A DNA stretch of 64,000 nt, from IMG/VR virus record IMGVR_UViG_3300025117_000032; one strand, given 5' to 3'. The notes beneath the pieces are model-generated. The model was not told the DNA's origin. It ran no database searches and worked only from the letters and a program-made list of their open reading frames with translations. Positions within the stretch are counted from its first letter, which is position 1, and every line of letters begins with the position of its first letter. Origin of the DNA: a virus. The translations under genes and the position numbers were made by a program. Below, one piece after another: positions 58,639 to 64,000 of this stretch.

Positions 58639-58917
58639 TCACTTGCTCGATTTTTCTATTGCCGACCTAAGCTCACCAAGCAAATCTATTAGATCATTTA
58701 GTTGCTTGCGAGTAAAGGTAACATTGTCGCTACTACTGACATTCACTGAATTATTAAGCTGTAGATTGATATATTCTCCGGGATTAATTGTGCCAACCCA
58801 CAAAAAAGAATCAGTAATCCTATGCACACCATCCTTTGGCAAAACATAGACTCCATTAATGTCAAAATTCTCATCAGAAATAAATTTCTTCAACTGACTT
58901 CTCTTATCATTACTCAT
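58639..58917 (-). CDS. hypothetical protein (3-member paralog family)
   Basis: KRSQLKKFI...FDI.GVY.LP...PGEYINL. Confidence 0.6.
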   Translation of the reverse strand: MSNDKRSQLKKFISDENFDINGVYVLPKDGVHRITDSFLWVGTINPGEYINLQLNNSVNVSSSDNVTFTRKQLNDLIDLLGELRSAIEKSSK

Positions 58918-59200
58918 TTCTTAACTCCCTTTTGTTTTAGTATAGTGTGGAAAACCATCATCGTCCCCATAAACCTTGCCATCAATCCAATCAACAGAAA
59001 GCCAATAATCTGATTTAAAAATTCCATGATTCAACCTCTTCCATTTCAATTTCTCCCACTCTTGATTTCACCAATGAGAACCCAAACCAATCCTATGGCC
59101 AGTCCAACAACTGTTGCACCAAGGCATAACAGCCACCAAATCACATATAGGAAAAAGTAGATGAACATTTTTGGAACCCTTTATTTAGTTTTACAGAAGA

Positions 59201-59229
59201 ATCATAACACCATTTTCGGCAGATGTCAA
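59201..59229 (-). promoter_or_regulatory. strong sigma70-type early promoter
   Basis: TTGACA-17 nt-TATGAT with TG extended -10. Confidence 0.8.
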
Positions 59230-59245
59230 GGAAAAGTAACCATTC

Positions 59246-59581
59246 TCAATCTAAGTCATTATCATCCTCAAGTCTTTTCTTTGAGATGTTCATCATTTCT
59301 TCAATAACTTCTTGTTCATCCAAGATGATCATTCTCTTGCCTTTACCAATGAGATTGAACACTTGCCCATCATCTAGGGTCATGGTTTTGTTCTGCATAT
59401 CGATAGATAAGATGTTACCCATGACAAGGGCTGCCCCTGACTTGTATTTTTCAGAGGCACCAACAAACACACCTTGCATCTGTTCCGGCATTTGCCAATG
59501 CTTATCATATCTGATTGTCCAATGGATTAAGCTAGGAGGCAAAGAGCCAATGGTTGTTGAACCGCTAAAAGTTGACTTCAT
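59246..59581 (-). CDS. hypothetical protein
   Basis: AAGGAG RBS and upstream ATATTTAT. Confidence 0.6.
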   Translation of the reverse strand: MKSTFSGSTTIGSLPPSLIHWTIRYDKHWQMPEQMQGVFVGASEKYKSGAALVMGNILSIDMQNKTMTLDDGQVFNLIGKGKRMIILDEQEVIEEMMNISKKRLEDDNDLD

Positions 59582-59617
59582 TGTGTCTCCTTACGTTATG
59601 AATAAATATCAAGTACC

Positions 59618-60025
59618 CTAGTATTCAACTCCATTGTCCAGGTTGCTATGGTATTCCTCCAGTGGGTCAATACCAAAAATCAATTGACAAGCATCGGCAA
59701 AGGCTTGTTTAGTTCTATTTAGCTCATTCTCAAGATACTCAATCCTTAGTTTGTCCTCTGTTTCCTCTTTGGATTGGTGCCTTCTTTCTGCTATCTCGAT
59801 TACGCTTTCATCACAATAACCAAGATCACCATAGCCACTAAGACTATATCCAATCAGTTGAGCAAACTGTTGTCTGTCATCATTGGTAAAATCCAAGAAA
59901 GCTATCTCGTTAAGATCTATGCCACCATCATTATCAAGCAAATACCTTACTATCTTGTTTTGTTTGAAGCGTAGGGTTCCATGATCGTCTAACTCTAATG
60001 GCTGAATTGGGTGTTTGTGTCTCAT
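59618..60025 (-). CDS. conserved hypothetical phage protein
   Basis: HPIQP...G.LRFK.N.IV.YLLD...QFAQLIGYS.SG; likely ATG 60025. Confidence 0.65.
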   Translation of the reverse strand: MRHKHPIQPLELDDHGTLRFKQNKIVRYLLDNDGGIDLNEIAFLDFTNDDRQQFAQLIGYSLSGYGDLGYCDESVIEIAERRHQSKEETEDKLRIEYLENELNRTKQAFADACQLIFGIDPLEEYHSNLDNGVEY

Positions 60026-60240
60026 TAGCCTTCCTCTTTCTTGCATGGTTGCGTCCAAGCTAATGGGTTAACTCTCCTAGCAACCCTTAGCGCAATGATT
60101 CTTTCACAGTCATTTATGCCATCCCTAAACAATTCATTATCATTCTTACTTCTATCTGGCAATTCACAATAACTGTTCCACGCCATTGCCAACATGGCTA
60201 ACAACTCCCCCTCTAACACATTTAGACCTAGATTTTTCAT
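60025..60240 (-). CDS. hypothetical protein
   Basis: coupled ORF; IIALRVARR. Confidence 0.55.
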   Translation of the reverse strand: MKNLGLNVLEGELLAMLAMAWNSYCELPDRSKNDNELFRDGINDCERIIALRVARRVNPLAWTQPCKKEEG

Positions 60241-60692
60241 TAGTTACCCCATCCTTCGAATATCAGGTTGCCATTATATTCTGGGTATCTCTTGGCAACG
60301 TAACAAAACAACTCTTTAAAACCCATGCTCCTAACAAGCATAATTATGCCCTTTACGGTTGACCTAAACGCTGGATCTTCTGTTTGATTTTCTCCCCAAT
60401 CATCCATACCAAGTTGAGTTATCTGATAAAAGATAGTTCTATCTGGTTGAGATAAACCTGGGTTTTCCCGATAGCATCTTAGGTGTTTGCTTTCCACTAG
60501 CTCGTTTATGATTGGAAATACATCTTTGCTATACGGTCCATATCCACCACTTTCCCAAAAGAACATTGGTATGGAAAGCCACTCACGATCAACCAAGAAA
60601 AATATCTTGGCGATTTGTGAAACCGTAAGACCGTCCAAACCGGCAATCCTAAACACAGATAGGATATGATTTCTTTCTGGATTTTTCATCAC
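60240..60692 (-). CDS. SocA/Panacea-like (winged-helix) protein
   Basis: K..FLVD...F....YGPYS.DV...Y.IT..G...YV...YP. Confidence 0.5.
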   Translation of the reverse strand: MMKNPERNHILSVFRIAGLDGLTVSQIAKIFFLVDREWLSIPMFFWESGGYGPYSKDVFPIINELVESKHLRCYRENPGLSQPDRTIFYQITQLGMDDWGENQTEDPAFRSTVKGIIMLVRSMGFKELFCYVAKRYPEYNGNLIFEGWGN

Positions 60693-61186
60693 TTACCAAA
60701 CCCCCAAGATTTTGCAAAATGAAAGCTAATATTAGCTAGGTGTTTGTTTGTCTTTTTTGCCTCATCCAATATCTGGTCTAGTTTCCCGCATGTCGTCAAA
60801 TAGATGTTTGTAAGGTCTGGTTCACTAGCCCCTTGTGTTTTTCCCTCACGCTTGGAATAGGTGATGTATTCGTCAAATACTTTGCTCCTATTAAAAATGC
60901 TTATGGCTTCCAGACGATTCGCTTTGCGCTTTAGCCTTCTGTTTTCTCCACCAAGCCTATAGATTTCTTCTTGTTGTGATGATATCAACTCATTTATTTT
61001 GTGCATATCTCGATTTACATTGTCATCCTCTAGTTGATGAACTTTTGCCCTCCACTCACCAATTTGTATATCATAGTTACGGATAAGTTCATCAACCGTA
61101 TTTGCCTTATAATAGTACTCAAAAGATGGGCAAAGACCAGTTACTTCTAACATTTTTTTGGTTGTGTAATAACTTTGTAGTCTCAT
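60689..61186 (-). CDS. hypothetical coiled-coil protein
   Basis: 165-aa ORF. Confidence 0.55.
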   Translation of the reverse strand: MRLQSYYTTKKMLEVTGLCPSFEYYYKANTVDELIRNYDIQIGEWRAKVHQLEDDNVNRDMHKINELISSQQEEIYRLGGENRRLKRKANRLEAISIFNRSKVFDEYITYSKREGKTQGASEPDLTNIYLTTCGKLDQILDEAKKTNKHLANISFHFAKSWGFGK

Positions 61187-61416
61187 TTCATCCCCTTTAA
61201 TTCCAACATTCTTTTTTGGATTCCAATTGATTCCCTTTGGGTTTCAATCGTCTGTCTTTGTATCTCAATTATGGCATCTTTGGTCTTGATTTGCTCTTTC
61301 ATTTTATTGTGTAAATCAGACCACTCATCGCACATCTTAAGCAGTTTTTCAATCTGCTCATCTCTGTTTTTCATTTGTTCAACGTAAAAACCCGCATTTC
61401 TAAGGAACCAAAGCAT
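61183..61416 (-). CDS. hypothetical coiled-coil protein
   Basis: 77-aa coupled ORF. Confidence 0.5.
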   Translation of the reverse strand: MLWFLRNAGFYVEQMKNRDEQIEKLLKMCDEWSDLHNKMKEQIKTKDAIIEIQRQTIETQRESIGIQKRMLELKGMK

Positions 61417-61790
61417 TACTTTTCCCCCTTTAATTCAGCCAATCTTTCCAGGAACATTCTGTGAACATAATCTTTCTCGATATTGGAAAGGTTAGCGAAC
61501 CAATTGTCCGCGTCAAGCACAGAGTTTTCTTTCTCTTCCACAATAAACTTGATCTCTGTTTCAAATAGTGGGTCAAAACCCCACCCCATATGCTCACCAA
61601 GATCACTCATTAAAACCCAAAGCTGCCAAGTTGACCAACCCTCACCATCTTCGTGTGGAGATTCATATGGGTGGATCTTTGACCAGTTTTCTCCCATTAG
61701 CTTTAGGTAATCTTCTTCTAACAACTTTTTGCCACGATTGGTTAGCTTAACCTTAACACCATGGTTTACGTTGAACTTGATTTCAGACAT
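61416..61790 (-). CDS. hypothetical protein
   Basis: FNVN..VKVKLT..G...QLW.LM. Confidence 0.6.
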   Translation of the reverse strand: MSEIKFNVNHGVKVKLTNRGKKLLEEDYLKLMGENWSKIHPYESPHEDGEGWSTWQLWVLMSDLGEHMGWGFDPLFETEIKFIVEEKENSVLDADNWFANLSNIEKDYVHRMFLERLAELKGEK

Positions 61791-61992
61791 ATTCTTGCCT
61801 ACACTTTTTTGTGAAACCCATCAACATGGAATATTTCCCATACTGTGGATTGCCGATCCAATTTTTTGCTTCCCAATCACTACGTCTGTTTCGTTCCTTT
61901 GAATCTGCAACGTCCCTGGTATATCCATTCCTGATTGCATCACGGATAAATCTAGCTGGGATTAGCTTGCTGAATTTTGCGTCTTTGTCCAT
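61783..61992 (-). CDS. hypothetical protein
   Basis: likely start MDKDAKF. Confidence 0.45.
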   Translation of the reverse strand: MDKDAKFSKLIPARFIRDAIRNGYTRDVADSKERNRRSDWEAKNWIGNPQYGKYSMLMGFTKKCRQEYV

Positions 61993-61993
61993 C

Positions 61994-62290
61994 TTACTTA
62001 TCCCCCCTAGCTTTGTCCATTGCGGAGGCAATGTCTAACAACATACCACCAAAAGCCCTAAGCTGGGTAGAGGAAAAACTGGCACCCCGTTGTGGTTGCC
62101 CATTTTTATCCTGGATATCTAGGTTCACATAGCTTCCTGGGTCACAACTTTTAACCTCCAGCTTGTGTGCATGTGTCCTTGGTGATCTTTCTTTTTCGCT
62201 ATGCGCTTGACCAGGAAGATCATAAACCCCGCAAATATCGAAGGCTTCTTTTTTGTAAAGCCAATTTCTTAGTTCATCATGTTTTGACAT
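61994..62290 (-). CDS. hypothetical protein (3-member paralog family)
   Basis: KHDELRNWL...FDI.GVY.LP...PGSYVNL. Confidence 0.6.
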   Translation of the reverse strand: MSKHDELRNWLYKKEAFDICGVYDLPGQAHSEKERSPRTHAHKLEVKSCDPGSYVNLDIQDKNGQPQRGASFSSTQLRAFGGMLLDIASAMDKARGDK

Positions 62291-62348
62291 TTTTTACCTC
62301 TTTCTGTTTTTCCACAATTTAAACCTATATTCGATATTGTTCACAGCC

Positions 62349-62504
62349 TTAAAAACCATAAGCCCCCACACCTGATATAAGCAAGAGAGCAACAATCGCA
62401 AAGACCATCCAAAATGGAAGTGTTACTAACCACCAAGACCACGCAATAACCCCGCACAGCTTAAGCGCCACAAACAAAACCCCAAGCACACTCAAAATTC
62501 CCAT
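62349..62504 (-). CDS. small membrane protein
   Basis: MGILSVLGVLFVALKLCGVIAWSWWLVTLPFW... Confidence 0.6.
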   Translation of the reverse strand: MGILSVLGVLFVALKLCGVIAWSWWLVTLPFWMVFAIVALLLISGVGAYGF

Positions 62505-62978
62505 AGTTATATCATCCTTTCATTTACCAACCCATGTCTTTAGGAAGCTCACTGTCTAACATGATCTTTCCACCATCGTACCATTCAGCAAGAGCTTCAC
62601 GCATGAATTCTACAAACTCATTTCCGTCCCCACCTGGATCACCACTTTTCACGGTAATGGAAATTTCATCTTTCCCCCTAATAAGAACAATTATACCACA
62701 ACCGGGACTGGTTGTCAATTTTTTCTAACTATCAAGAAGTTGGTAAAAAACTAGAATTCTTTATTGAGAATGATCCTCATTTTCCTGGTTGTGTAGTGGG
62801 TTGGATGGTTAACCTTGTCCTCACTCATTCTCGTTAACCACAGAAACCATGACAAGACCAAGGACAAAAATTAAAAAGCCAAGCATAGATCGTTCATATC
62901 CATCCAAACTGCTATCCAACACCCCAAGAAAACAAAGCGTCAATGCTGAAAACACGATTAGGTTTGAAAGAACTTTCT

Positions 62979-64000
62979 TCACTTTGTTACCCCCTTAACA
63001 TTGATTAATGGACGTACCCTATGCACGATTTCCACAAGATCCTTTTGCGCCAACATCACATCGAAAATGTTCTTGTATGCGAATGGGGATTCATCAAGGG
63101 TATCGGCATTTACCTTTGCCTTGATCCCTCTCATTGCAACTTCAAAGTCAACCACGTTGGTTGATTCCTTGATAGCCTTTCTGCTGGACACCCTCCCGGC
63201 ACCGTGAGAACTTGACCACAATGATTCTGGGTTTCCTTTACCTTCAACGATAAAAGAACCATCCCTCATGTTGCCTGGAATGACACCCATCATTCCTTCC
63301 TCTGCATGAGTAGCACCCTTGCGATGAATCCACAATCCGTTCTTCAAGACGGCATGGTTGTGGTTTCTGTTGATGAAGCTTACATCATCTTGGCTTGGTA
63401 CACAGTCAACAAACTTCTTTATGGCTGCATAGACGGAACGATTGATGCATAGTCTATTGGTCAAAGCAAATTCCAAGCACCCATTCATATCGGCAATGTA
63501 TTCTTCACCAAGGGTGGAATCAGTTCTGAATCCAAAATGTCCCTCACTTGCCTTTCCACTTGGGGAAGCAAGTTTCATGTATGCTTGAGCTACCTTCCAA
63601 CCGAACCCCCTGGACCCAGAATGAATAATAATCCAACAGCTATCGTTTTCATCGTAGCCAATTTCTATGAAGTGATTCCCACCGCCAAGGGTTCCGACTT
63701 GCCTTAAGGCTTCACAATCCTTGAAGATCCCCGTTGCCAGCGGAGAAAAATCCTCTATGGTAGAATCATCCCAACCACAGGCTTGTTCTTTTTGGTGATG
63801 AGAAAACCCAACGGGGACAATCTTATAGATCTCGTTGAAGATGTTATCTGCATTAGCGATAATGTCTTCCTTGGAAGTGTCTAGCTTGGTAGCACACATC
63901 CCACACCCAATATCGTAGCCGACAAATTGCGGAGAGATCATTTCTCTTGTCGCCACAACACCCCCTATGGGTAATGAATACCCAACATGGGCATCTGGCA
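62979..64000 (-). CDS. rtcB: RtcB RNA ligase (5'-partial)
   Basis: PDAHVGY..PIGG at edge, VGYDIGCG, GTLGGGNHFIE, HSGSRG, HNH, HRKGAT, SHGAGR, DESP.AYK. Confidence 0.95.
   Translation of the reverse strand, partial: PDAHVGYSLPIGGVVATREMISPQFVGYDIGCGMCATKLDTSKEDIIANADNIFNEIYKIVPVGFSHHQKEQACGWDDSTIEDFSPLATGIFKDCEALRQVGTLGGGNHFIEIGYDENDSCWIIIHSGSRGFGWKVAQAYMKLASPSGKASEGHFGFRTDSTLGEEYIADMNGCLEFALTNRLCINRSVYAAIKKFVDCVPSQDDVSFINRNHNHAVLKNGLWIHRKGATHAEEGMMGVIPGNMRDGSFIVEGKGNPESLWSSSHGAGRVSSRKAIKESTNVVDFEVAMRGIKAKVNADTLDESPFAYKNIFDVMLAQKDLVEIVHRVRPLINVKGVTK

Noticed and set aside
98-63207. Numerous + strand ORFs in the ORF track
   Set aside because: Antisense shadows of well-supported - strand genes; only 27775, 28364 and 29182 have recognisable motifs
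1-64000. Genome-wide stop-codon reassignment
   Set aside because: Core genes are intact in code 11 and TAG/TGA end many genes; only isolated interruptions at 14534 and 14926
1-64000. tRNA or other structured RNA genes
   Set aside because: None recognisable by eye; tRNAscan-SE/Infernal would be needed to exclude them

Overview
64-kb segment of a large T4-like/jumbo myovirus genome, almost all on the - strand. Read in transcription order (right to left): an early region of small hypothetical genes (RtcB, DNA methyltransferase, KTSC; sigma70-type promoters); a head/neck/tail module (terminase, portal, prohead protease, scaffold, two gp23-like capsid paralogs, neck, sheath, chaperones, an inverted tail-tube gene, tape measure, baseplate); and a replication/nucleotide module (PolA-like domain, gp32, UvsX, RNase H, gp41 helicase, class II RNR, dUTPase, PolB). 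It carries 4 inteins and at least 6 free-standing endonuclease genes. The most striking observation is a ~0.9-kb in-frame insertion in the terminase intein that at DNA level is a dense array of host-regulator-like sites: 9 sigma54 -24/-12 consensus promoters, Rex-like palindromes and Fur-like boxes, bounded by inverted repeats. It is a candidate transcription-factor decoy array hidden in self-splicing coding sequence. Other notable items: 8 unrelated proteins sharing an MKKSELKK(I/L)I(K/R)E leader (candidate capsid-targeting system), a putative TATTTA late promoter, candidate recoding sites and a porin-like gene. All calls come from reading motifs by eye; no searches were run.
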